Positions 12,801 through 24,339 are shown, numbered from the stretch's first letter. The stretch: DNA of 32,869 bases from Conidiobolus incongruus B7586 (GCA_000697335.1 JNEM01008748.1:1-32869); one strand, 5' to 3'. Translations and numbers: made by a program. Notes: generated from the letters alone by a model not told the origin.

Positions 12801-14313
12801 TATTAATCCTGAATACTAATTTACAACACTAGATTCCGAGGCTTCGGTGGCCCTCAAAGTATGATCATTTGTGAAATGATGATCTCTGAAGTAGCAGATC
12901 GTTTAGGCTTGGATCAACTAGAAATCAGAGTAAGCTCTATTTCAAATAAAAAAATTATTCAGAGGCTTACAATCGTTTAGAAAAAAAACATGTATGAGGA
13001 AGGCCAGTACACTCACTTCAACAATCAACTATTGGATTGGCATGTGCCCGAAATGTGGGATAAGATTCTAGATCAGAGCGACTACCACAAGCGTAGAGAA
13101 TTGGTTGATAAATTTAATGAAGAGCATACTTGGAAGAAGAGGGGATTATCTGTCATTCCTACCAAGTAACTATTCAATTGATTTGTAATTAAACATTATA
13201 TACTAATTAAACTTTAGATTTGGTATCTCTTTCAATGTCAGCTTCTTAAATCAATCTGCAGCTCTCGTACACATTTACACGGACGGTTCCATCTTATTGT
13301 CGCATGGAGGCGTTGAAATGGGCCAAGGTCTGCATACCAAAATGACTCAGATATGTGCGGACACCCTCGGAGTTCCCGTAGATACCGTTTTCATTTCCGA
13401 AACTTCCACGGACAAAGTCATTAATGCTGCTCCTACTGGGGCTAGTGTCTCGAGTGATTTGAACGGATACGCCATTTACAATGCATGTGTCGAGCTCAGA
13501 GATAGGATTAAGCCTTATAGAGATGCCAATCCCAACGGTACGATGAAGGACTGGGCCAAAGCAGCCTACTTCGATCGTGTCAACTTGACTGCCAACGGCT
13601 TCTACAAGACTCCTGACCTCAGTTACGACTTTGACAAGAATGAGGGACTCCTATTCTTCTACTACACTTCTGGGGTGTCTGTATCGGAAGTGGAAATCGA
13701 TGTTTTAACTGGAGATCACACCATTTTGAGATCTGACATTATTATGGATATTGGTGAGAGTATTAACGTAGCCACTGATATTGGTCAAATTGAAGGTGCT
13801 TTTATTCAAGGTGTCGGTAAGTAACAATCTGCCATTGCATCATCATCATCAATTATTGACAATAATTTAGGTCTAACCACTCTCGAAGAACCCCTCTTCC
13901 ACCCTGACGGCCGTGCATTTACGAGGGGGCCTGGCAATTACAAGATTCCAGGCTTCAGAGACATTCCTCAAGAGTTCTATGTGGATATTCTGCAAGGCAA
14001 GCAGTACAAGAATCTCAAAACAATCAAACGATCCAAAGGTGTGGGCGAACCTCCACTCTTCATGGGAGCTTCCGTGTTCTTTGCTATTAGGGACGCCATC
14101 ACTAGTGCCAGGTAATATTAACCATATTATTATTAATATTTTGTTGCTCATTTCAATTATTATAGAAACTCCAACGGTATTACAGACCCCCTCAAACTCT
14201 CATCACCTGCCACCAGTGAAAAAATCCGATTGCACTGTTCTGACGATTTGGTGAAATTATCCAAGGTAGAACCCAAAAATCTCCATGACAAATTATGGGC
14301 ACATAATATTTAA
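9830..14313 (+). CDS. xdh: Xanthine dehydrogenase/oxidase-family molybdo-flavoenzyme, 11 exons
   Basis: Exons: 9830-10153, 10204-10458, 10506-10673, 10724-10936, 10986-12584, 12636-12778, 12833-12929, 12981-13165, 13218-13816, 13871-14111, 14166-14313. All introns are GT-AG, about 47-54 nt, and preserve frame. Motifs: 2Fe-2[21 protein letters not shown] and [15 protein letters not shown] domain [19 protein letters not shown] and RRKDDDIA; Moco domain [48 protein letters not shown] and SKGVGEPPL. Intron 2 is the least certain. Confidence 0.93.
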
Positions 14314-15836
14314 TATTACCACTACTACTGAGTTGAGTTCAATCATATAAAAAATATATCTTGAAGTAGTTAGCAATTTAACCTTATTTAAGGTAATAAT
14401 GTTGAACTAAAATGAATATTCAAATCATTTCCAAATTCCAATCCAATATTTGTCAATTTTTTTATTTAAAAGATGGCTTAACAAAGGAAACTTAACAAAC
14501 TTGTAATCAAATCATAAAATTGATTTTTACTAAACAAAATTTGTAAATTAAAAAAATCTTTATAACTAAAAAATTGATGTTAAGATTGAATTAAATCCAT
14601 TCAATAGTAAATTGAAAATACAATCATAGTATAATGTTTAAAATGAAGGAAAAATAATTTAGTAGAAAACCAGAAATTAAACCTTGTTAAAAATGTCATA
14701 TATATATTTATTATGAATTTCTCAATATTAGAAATTTTGAATATTGAAGATTATAATGGGATTTAATTCAAAAACTAATGATAATTGATTGAATTTTCAA
14801 ATTAATTAATTTTAACCTATTATTCAACTATATTAATAATAAATAAAATAAGATGTCTTAGTGTACAGATTGATTCTTTAACTATATATTATATTTAAAT
14901 TTTATAATTTATTAAAATTAATTATTCCAAATATTATAAATTTGAATAATTGATCATTTACTTTAATACTAATATAATTCATTTATTATCTATAATACTA
15001 TTTTGATTAATTTTAAGATTATATTTTACTAATAATTTTCAATATAATTAATATATAATATAATCACAATGATTATTTTATTTATATCTTAAATAATTTT
15101 TCTGAATTTAATATTAATATCAGCAATATATACAATATATATCATTGGATATTTGGAATATTATTAAAATAGTTACTCAATATTATATATTTTTAAATTT
15201 TCCAATTTATTATAATCTTTTAATAGATAATTATAGTATATTATAATATAATTAACATATATTAATATTTAACAAAAATAAAACTAAACTGATTTTCTTC
15301 AATATTTTTACTTAAATTTATCAAAATCATCATAAAAAATATAGAATTAATATTTTAAGTATTTTATCTTTCAAAATTAAATTTTATTACATTGAAATAT
15401 AATCATTTACATCGATTATTATAAACAATTATATTAAATATATTCAAATGACTTGAAAACTATGAATAAATTAATATATCTACTTTTTGTGGAATAATGA
15501 ATATCATTCAAAATAGCTATAAAAATTATTTTTTCTGCAACAAAACCCACTACTTATTTCATATCATAACTTATTCCTTTACTAAAGATTGTCAAGATCT
15601 AAATGGAAACTATTATACCATAAAACATTAGAGTTTTCAAAAGGCAGATTTTCAATTCTATTTTGAATAGAATAGCTATTTGAATGTGAAAATAATGAAA
15701 TTTCCATAAGTTATGAATATCTCCAAAATAAGATAGAGAATTTAATATTCTAGTATAAATTATCAAATCATATTGGTCAGTTTTATAAATTTATTTAATA
15801 TATAAAAAATGTGAGAAAAAAAATAATTTAATATAT

Positions 15837-17148
15837 TATTACTATAGAATTAAAAAAATAGGAAATTTTTTAATTTTTGATTTTTCAAATATATTATTAG
15901 TTTCAGATAAAAAAATATATACAAAACAAATAAGAAAATAAATAGTTTTGAATTATATATATATATAATAATTTTTTTGATTAAAAAAATAATTTTTTAA
16001 AATTAGTTGTTTAATTTAATTATATTTAAACAAAATAATAACCATCAAAATTCTTTTATTTAATATTAATAAAACTTAACCATAAACTATCTAAAATTAT
16101 TTAAAATTTACAAACAGCTTTTAATAATAAAATATTATTTAAATTAATAATTCATTAGTAGATAAATTACTTTAAAACTTAAAAAAAAACTACTTAAAAT
16201 GTATTAAGATTTAAAAAATTAATTTTAATCATTACTTTTTTATTTGTTAATAAAGTGAAAAAAACATATTAAAAAGTATCTTTTTATTTTAACTAAAGAA
16301 TTATTAAGTTACTTTAATATTAGTTACATAAGTATTTTATATATATTAAAGTTTAAATTAAAATTAATTAATAAAAATATAAAATAGGTACCTTATAATT
16401 TAACTAAAGTTTAAAAGAAAGTTAGAGTAACTATTGTTAAACAAAACTTACTAAGATATAACTAGAAACCAAAGCTTTTATAGCAAATTATTATAATTGA
16501 TGAATCTTAGGTTTTTTTATATAATCCTTTATTAAAACATAAATCAAAGTATTAAATTAAGATAAATCAACCCCTTTTATAAATTCCTTTAAATAAACAC
16601 TTTCTTAATAAATGAATGTTAATTGTTATAATAAATTATAATAGCATATACTATTCTTATTTAATTTTTAAAGGAAAATTAATTAATAATAAACTTTATA
16701 TTTTTTTCTAAGTAAAACTATTTTAAATTAATATTCTCAATATAATTTGAAAAAACCTATTATTTTACATGATATTTATAAAATACATAAATCTAAAGCT
16801 GTAAAAAACTTTCTAATTAAAAATAACTAGAAAAACTACTACATCTAGTATATTCTTTAGATTATAACCTATGTAATTATAATTATTTTAGGTAATTAAA
16901 AAACCAACTTACAAAAAAGAAAATTTCTGCAGGAAAATTTATTTGGTTTGTGAAATATTAAATTTTAGTCTATAATAAAAAGAATTATTTTTTAAGTGTT
17001 AGATCTTTGTTAGAAGTATAGCAAAAAGTTATTAGAAATAAAGGAAATTATTAATTTTATATTATATATTTATCTTTATTTTTTATATATTAAAATCTAT
17101 ATTTTTTTTCAATTGCAAAAAATTCCCATTATTTAAATTAAAGTAATA
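15837..17148 (+). mobile_element. Mariner (DD34D) DNA transposon, copy 2, ~1.31 kb with TIRs; transposase is a pseudogene
   Basis: Imperfect TIRs: ATTATTACTATAGAATTAAAAAAATAGGAAATTTTTT (from 15835) versus the reverse complement of the right end, ATTATTACTTTAATTTAAATAATGGGAATTTTTT (ending 17150). Transposase relics: K*VPYNLT at 16382 (WVPHEL motif); IIIDES*VFLYNP with D at 16499; PIILHD with D at 16771; N*K..LLHLVYSLDYNLCNY at 16825-16880 (WE.LPHPPYSPDLAPCDY motif). The second and third acidic positions are 104 nt apart, giving D34D after one 1-nt deletion. Confidence 0.9.
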
Positions 17149-17836
17149 ATTAACTAGACAAAATCTAAATCACTCTTTAAATGAGTAGCTGGAATAACTT
17201 CTTGCTCCACAGCAAAGAATATTAGTCACAACCATTTTTTAAAGACCCATCTGATAATCTAAATCAAAATCAATATATAGTATAAAATGTCAGATGCTGC
17301 AAAATAAAGCCCATTGGGCTCTGTTTCAAATAAGGTAGTTAGTTGACATAAGTTAAAATAACAAAGTTATATCTGGCTGCCAATATTTCATATACTATTA
17401 TTTTCTATTTAACAAATATGTAAAATTGATAAATGAAATAATTGTAATGCTACTCTCATCAAATAATCTTCAATGTTAAAAAAAGCATTAAAGTTACAAT
17501 ATTTTAATTTCATTTTTTATAGTCATCCTCATTTTTATCTACATTCTTAAAATATTTTTTCATAATGGAGCACTCTCAAAATTTTTCCCAATAAAAAAAA
17601 TTATTAATTAATATTTACTTAAGCGAAGCAATTATAGAAAAGTGTCACATTTAGATAAAAATGGTTATTATGGTATGATAATAGTAGACAACTTGAAAAA
17701 TAAAAAATCATTTATAACAAAATAAAGATTTATAGGTTATTAAAAGTATCTAACAATGATATATTTCACCTATTTAGTATAAAATTTAATGAATATCAAG
17801 ATTAAGAGATTGCATAATATATTTTGAATTTACTTT

Positions 17837-18270
17837 GGAATCAAATTTATAAAACGCATTCTCTAGAGCTTGAGTTTCAATGTGAACAAAGTAAGTCAAT
17901 GAAGATGATCTTGCTGGTTTCGTATTTACAGTGATCTATATCAGCTAAAGTAAGTTCAACTTCATATTGACTTCTTGTTCAATGAATACTTTCATAAACA
18001 CTATTAGTCGTATTGGCATAAAACATTAGATGATCGTCATCAAAAGTAGGAAGGTATGCAGGGGGTAAGAATGGAGCATGATTGTTATGTCTGAAATCAT
18101 GTGTTTAATGAGCAAAAGTGTCATACTTAATAAAAATTTCTCTCCAAATGCACTTTTCTTCTTCAATTAATCAGATACAACCTTGTGAACATCATAAACC
18201 AACAGAATAAAGCAAAAATAGCTGAATTGCAGTATTGATCAAACAATCTACCGTTTTTGATTCGGTAAAT
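17837..18270 (-). pseudogene. Fragment (C-terminal third) of a PAI-like FAD protein gene; paralog of 29094-29575
   Basis: Collinear direct similarity to 29094-29575 with an internal deletion. It translates to a decayed 'PTFDDDHLMFYANTTNSVYESIH*TRSQYE', compared with the intact 'PTLDDGRPILWVNHTKGAYVSYHWTGGEYQ'. Confidence 0.85.
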
Positions 18271-18556
18271 TAAATTATTCACAATATTGAAAAATATTAA
18301 AAATGTATATATCCAAAGAGAAAATGTGACTTTTGTCTAATACTCTAGGAATTTGATCCATATTTAAAATTGATTGACATATAATAGCTATTTAAGAAAT
18401 TTATATTAATAAAGTAACTATATTTCAATATTTAGACTACATTTTAATAATAATAGATTTGTATTATATTTTGATTAAAGTTGAAATTTTTCATCATTAA
18501 CAATCGAAATACTCAATATTATTTATTAAATAGAAAAGAATACTAAATAATTTTAA

Positions 18557-19893
18557 TTAAAAATATTTATTTACGATGTATTCTGCAGCATTAATAGAAG
18601 TTTCAACACATTCGAAGCTTAATAAAGGTGTAGCGAAGCATAAGTTTTGATTTCCTTGAATGGAGTCAAATTGCTGGTAAAAACCGCTTTGTAAAGAACC
18701 AGTTCTGACATGAGGAAAATAACTCAATGCTTTTTCATAAATTGATAATTTGGTTGATAATCCAGGTAAGAGTAAGGGGAAGATTTTGTCAATTTCAGCT
18801 TTATAATGTTGCATATCTCCTTCTGAAGGTTCAGTTTGGAATTTACCTCCTGTCCAATGGAAGCTAGTGTAGGCACCGTTACCAAGAGTTTGGTTAGTCC
18901 AAAGGATTTGGCGACCATCATTTAAGACTGGGGGCTTGGTGGAGGTAAAACTGGAATATATCTATGATGCTTAAAATTGGGAGCATAATGGGCAATTGAA
19001 GCATACTTGTTAACAGTAACGTGTCCTAAAATACCTTTTTCTTTAGCAGATAATCCTTGCACGATTTTTCCCACCTCACTGACTGTTGGAGGAAAAGCAA
19101 GGATAACAGAGCTACAATCTTGGGTGAATTCGGTTCCCCTTTCATTGGTATAGGTTAATTTAGTAACAGTATCACCTATAATGATATTGTTGATATCGAT
19201 ATTCAATGTAACATCAAGATCTTTAGCTAATGCCAATGGAATTTTATCCATTCCATTTAAAACGGTATAAGCTTTAACATCTCCTTTTCTAATAAGATCC
19301 AAATATTGAACGAAATAAAGGGCAGGTGTTTCATCAATGGCCCCATATCCATACGTGGTTAAGAAGATAAGAGCGAATTGTTGAAGATCTTCCAAGTTAT
19401 TTTTCTTAAGCCATTCACCAGTTGGAACATATAATTCTGGGCTTACGTTGATAAAACCACTGTCAGCATTCAATTTCTTGCGAATTTCTCTATAACGATT
19501 TAAAGCTTCAATAACCTTCTTATCCTTTGTGGCATCAAGTAATTGAATGGTAATACCAGTGTTAGGTTGGTAGGCCGCAAAGTCCCCAATAAAGTAATCA
19601 GTGATCTTAATATTATTCTTTTTAATAATATCTAAAGTTCTGGTATAATATTCGGAAATAATGACGGGTCCCATATTCCAAACTCTTCCATCTTGACGGA
19701 ATACATGCATCTTTCCTCAGACACGATCGATTTTTTCGAATACTTTGACATCATAATCCTTCTCTTTAAGGCTAGTAGCGGCACTTAGTCCAGTTATGCC
19801 AGCACCAAGAACACAAACGGGTCCCTGAGGTTGGGTCGGTTTGGCACCGACAAATAATCCAAGAGCAAGAAAAGAGATCAAATTCAACATCAT
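18557..19893 (-). pseudogene. Secreted PAI-like FAD-dependent protein, disrupted by one nonsense codon and one frameshift
   Basis: ATG at 19893 gives MMLNLISFLALGLFVGAKPTQPQGPVCVLGAGITGLSAA...FEKIDRV*GKMH, with TGA at 19719-19717 replacing Gly in RVGGK. A 1-nt deletion in the G5 run at 18930-18934 shifts the frame just before 'LNDGRQILWTN'. The conserved W of WxYFP is L. It ends NKYF* at 18557 and is collinear with the intact 441-aa paralog. Confidence 0.85.
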
Positions 19894-22697
19894 GTTCTAA
19901 ATCTATAAAATAAATCAAATATAAGCTATAACTTATTAATTATAGGGTATAAATATCATTAAATCATATATTAATGGTTTTTAACTGTTTGTTACATCTA
20001 GATTTTTCTCTTTTCTTAAACATGATTAGTATGTCATGTGCAAAATATTGATATTAAGAACATTTGGGTAAGTGAAAGATTAACATTCATTACACAAATT
20101 TAAAACTTTATGATCAATTATAGAGGTATTTTAAATATTTAATTTTATAATAATACTTGTTTTTATTTTTAGTTTTAAAATATCTTTAATTTTGTACACA
20201 ATAGTGGATTTGATCATTACTTAAGGTGTTATTATTTGATAATCACTATATTTATATATCAAGATACTTGGTTATACTTTGTAATATAAAATATCAATAC
20301 CTAATTATTGATATATTTAACAAAAGTATTTTTATTAAATTTTCATTAAATTTTAATTAAATGGAAATATATTTATATTTTTTAAAGGTAAAAAAATTAA
20401 ACTAATTATAAACAAATAAAAATTTTTTATTTAAAGAGAAAAAGATAAACTTGTATTCATTAATGAGAAGTTTATTAATCGAGATTGAGCTTTATTTAAT
20501 TCCCATATATCCTAACACTAATTTATCAATTTCAGTGAAACAAAATTTTAAAATCTAAAATAAATTAAATAAAATTTTTTATTTACATGATTACATCTAT
20601 GAGATAATTTTTTCATCATATTTTAATAGAATTCGCTTTTTAATCATAAAATCATAAATGATAATTATGATTTCAAATAATAAATATATCAATATCAGAG
20701 TTAGAATATTCCGGTAGATCATATAATATTATTAGTATATATATATATGATTTTATTAATATGAGGATTAGGATCTTGATATATTCTAGAATTTCATAGT
20801 AATCCTTATTAAAAATTAAAATCTAATGAATACATTTTTTATTGATTCAACTATTTTCAATAAATTTCTTAATGGTTTTATGGGAAAATCGAGAATTAAA
20901 TTAATCAAAATCAAATGGAGCTGGTTCTTGAAACAGACTAATTTGATTAGCCGGTTAATTTAAAATTAAAATTAATATTATTATAGTTGGACAGAGTTTT
21001 TGATATCTGCATTATTTGATTTTCGATTCAATTATTTGGAATTTTATAACAAGTTATACTTGAACACTAATCGATTTTCTCAATTTGATGGAAAGAGATA
21101 AAAAATACATTTAATACCCAAGTAAAGTAAAAAGATATTTGCCTAAACATTATATAATATTAATAATACTTTATTGATGATTTTGTACATATAAAAAATT
21201 AAAATTTATTTAGCAAAGGCGTATGATTAACACTGAATAGTTAATTAATGTATTATTTAATTTTGATTGAGATTTAATATGCAATATTAAATTCCGATTG
21301 ATATCAAATACATTATATTATATTAAATGTATGGATAGTGAAATCATTAACCTTCGATGAAAGCAAATATCATTAAATTAGATAAATGAAGAGTTGATTG
21401 CAATATAAAATTTCTAAGATTATAAATTATAAATTTTACTATTATATTTTAATAATTGAATCAAGTTTATAAATTCAATTTATCATATAATCTAGTAATA
21501 CATAAAATAAAATAAAGATATACTATCAAATGTACAAAAATAGTAAAGTTAAATATTTCATTATACTAAGCGGACAACTGCATGATAAACTATTACACTG
21601 TATATTATTTATGTCAATAGCCTAATCACCAACATTGCAATATGTAATAAAAGCAATTGGTTAGGTTATAGGCGGTGGGTCTACTATTGTGAACTAGGTT
21701 TTGGAAGTACATCAAATTAAATAAGCAGTGCATTTTATTATGATTAGGAGTTTTAAGTAATTATTTTCAGAGAATAAAATGTGTTTATTCGTAATAATTT
21801 TCAAGGTCATGATCGAGCTAATATAATCAATAACTTAAAACAATACTTTGACAAAATTTAATAAAAAATAAACATCCGACTAGTGATGAATCTGGATCTA
21901 AAGTAAGAGTGAAGCTAATAAGAATGAACGAGATATATTAGAAACATAAAAGCCAGCCGAGGGTACGTCTATTGGGGTATATAGTGAGAATGGTGCAATG
22001 ACAAATAACGAACAATAAATTGGTAATAAATAATTTTCAGTTAAATATTTCAATATATTAAAAAATACAAAAATGATTCAATTAACAACGTTAAACATTT
22101 TTAATTAATCAAATTATATTGTTATGTATTATAGGGTATTGAATTTTTGATATCAAAATCCACAAATTTCATATTTCAATATATCAAAGATTAACCACAA
22201 TAATCGTTTATTTAGTAATAAAGTTGATTAATAAATAGTACCTTAGTACTCCTATATCATTTTCCTTAAAATAAATTATATTTATAATATTTTGTCTTTT
22301 TATTTATATATAATTAACAATGGATTAAAAAGTTTTGATAATCATATCACATAATATTGGAAAACATTGTTAATTATTAAAATGATTATCCACTATATAT
22401 TTCCAAATTATTAAATCACTACAAGTTCCAAATTATTATATTATAAATGAAAAAAAAAATAATTAAATATTTCAAAATAATTTAATATCTTAACAATGTG
22501 TTATAAAAATCAACTTTTTGTAAGATATATATTAAAAAATTAATAATATATATTCGCAAACTGTTTATTATTAATATCAAAGAAACTATCAATGACTACT
22601 CAGAACTTCAATAATAAAAAAATGAAATATATATACCAATTAAGTATAAATTTCTAGCTTTAATTAATTTTATAACCCTTTTAATAAATTGGGTTTA

Positions 22698-24023
22698 TTA
22701 AAAATATTTATCAATAACATAATCAGAAGTTTCAAAAGAACATTCAACACATTCAAAACCCAATAAAGGAGTATTGAAGTATAGATTTTGTATACCTTGA
22801 ATGGAATCAAATTTCTTATAAAATTCATTTTGTAGAGATTTAGTATTGACGCGAGGGAAATAGTTCCATCCCTTTCCATAAATAGCAGCTTTTGAATCCA
22901 ATCCTGGTAACAGTTTGGGGAATGTTTTACGAATTTCAGATTCATAATGGGCCATATCTGCTTCTGAAGGTGCTCCTTGGTATTCGCCACCAGTCCAATG
23001 ATAGCTAACATAAGCTCCTTTGGTGTGGTTGACCCAAAGAATTGGGCGACCGTCGTCCAAGGTAGGTGGAGGAATAGGAGGCAAGAGTGGTGCATAATTA
23101 TAATGATTGAAATTAGGAGCATAATGAGCAAATGAAGCATACTTGTGGACGAATACTTCACTCAAAGTTCCCTTTTCTTTGTCAGTTAGTCCAGGAACAA
23201 TTTTTTCAACATCTTTCACCAAAGGAGGGAATGAGAGGATTACAGAGCTACAATCTTGAGTTAAGTCACCCCCAGTATTGGTGGTATAGGTGATTTTAGA
23301 ATCGCCATCGGTTCTAATAATACTTTTAATATTGGCATTGATGGTGATATCAAGGTTTTTGGCTAAAACTTGAGGAATTTCATCAAACCCATTAGGGAGG
23401 TAGTATAATGGGTTGTTAATATCTCTTGTCTTTTCCAAGACATGCACAAAGTACAAAGCCGGAGTTTCGTTAACAGCACCATAGCCCAAAAGGGTCAACA
23501 TGATCAAAGCATACTGTTTTAAACCCTCCAAATCATTTTGCTTCAACCAATCTAAAGTTGGAACAAATAAATCTGGATTAATATCAAGATTACCTGGTTT
23601 AACCTTAAATCTATCTCGAATTTGTCTATAGCGAGCAAAACCCTTCACAGTGTTTGGATCTTTTCGAATATCTGGCAATGGGATAGAAATACCAGTAATC
23701 GGTTCATAAGCTTTAATATCCCAATAATTAAAAAGAATGGTTTGGATATTAGCTCTCTTGATAATTTCCCAGGTTTTGTTATAATAGTCAGTAATAATAA
23801 CTGGTCCCATATTCCAAACTTTTCCATCTTGACGGAATGCTTCCAACTTCCCTCCTACACGAACATCTTTCTCAAAAACCTTCACTTCGTAGCCTTTATT
23901 TTTGAGATTGGTAGCTGCATTCAATCCGGAAATACCAGCACCAATGACACATACAGGAGCTTCAGATTTCCTGGATGTTGCGTTCGCGGTGAGAATCAAA
24001 GTGAATAGATAAATCAAATTCAT
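22698..24023 (-). CDS. Secreted FAD-dependent amine-oxidase-fold protein, polyunsaturated fatty acid isomerase (PAI)-like, 441 aa, intronless
   Basis: Hydrophobic N-terminus ending ANA (signal-peptide-like); Rossmann motif VCVIGAGISGL...VFEK..RVGGK; WNMG; GYGAVNETPALY; and C-terminal WNYFPRV...FYKKFDSIQG..NLYF...LLGFE. These parallel PAI motifs as I recall them (YEMG, FGYG..DNVPAAY, WYYFPHV, MQG..NTFYAGEIMSF). The actual activity is unknown. Confidence 0.88.
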   Translation of the reverse strand: MNLIYLFTLILTANATSRKSEAPVCVIGAGISGLNAATNLKNKGYEVKVFEKDVRVGGKLEAFRQDGKVWNMGPVIITDYYNKTWEIIKRANIQTILFNYWDIKAYEPITGISIPLPDIRKDPNTVKGFARYRQIRDRFKVKPGNLDINPDLFVPTLDWLKQNDLEGLKQYALIMLTLLGYGAVNETPALYFVHVLEKTRDINNPLYYLPNGFDEIPQVLAKNLDITINANIKSIIRTDGDSKITYTTNTGGDLTQDCSSVILSFPPLVKDVEKIVPGLTDKEKGTLSEVFVHKYASFAHYAPNFNHYNYAPLLPPIPPPTLDDGRPILWVNHTKGAYVSYHWTGGEYQGAPSEADMAHYESEIRKTFPKLLPGLDSKAAIYGKGWNYFPRVNTKSLQNEFYKKFDSIQGIQNLYFNTPLLGFECVECSFETSDYVIDKYF

Positions 24024-24339
24024 TATTAATATTTATTGTATGCAATGATAGCTTTATAAACGACCAACGACTTTATATAGTTAAAAATTTGGTTTGTTAT
24101 ATTACATCATCTCTCAATTTCAATATTTTATAAATTGATTGAAAATTATTTTCTTCTCGATAATTGTAATAATGATAATTTATTTAACAAATTTAAAATG
24201 AATATTATTCACTATTCATTGATCATTGGTTCTCACTATTCAAAAATCATTTCATTCCTCATGTACAAAATGAAACCCTAAAAATCCATTATTGAACTTT
24301 ATTTAGTTAAATCAGTTATTGAATAACAGATCACAAACC

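Noticed and set aside
9809..14254. XDH ORF pieces read as a bacterial-style multi-subunit xdhABC operon or a frameshifted pseudogene
   Set aside because: The breaks are explained by frame-preserving GT-AG introns. ORFs 9877-10128, 13873-14151 and 13913-14254 are shadows.
14830..15420. Extremely AT-rich tracts here and at ~25900-26520 as further mariner copies
   Set aside because: I could not align them convincingly to the element. They may be other degraded repeats.
6461..17148. A single giant element with 1.25 kb terminal inverted repeats
   Set aside because: Each repeat is itself a mariner (copy 2 has its own TIRs and transposase relic), and a third copy lies at 32062.
19717..19719. In-frame TGA as selenocysteine, readthrough or an alternative genetic code
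   Set aside because: It replaces a conserved Gly (GGA) by one substitution, the same gene has a frameshift, and intact genes use TGG for Trp.
22670..24008. ORFs 22670-23161, 23622-24008 and 23645-23827
   Set aside because: Overlapping shadow frames of the 441-aa gene.
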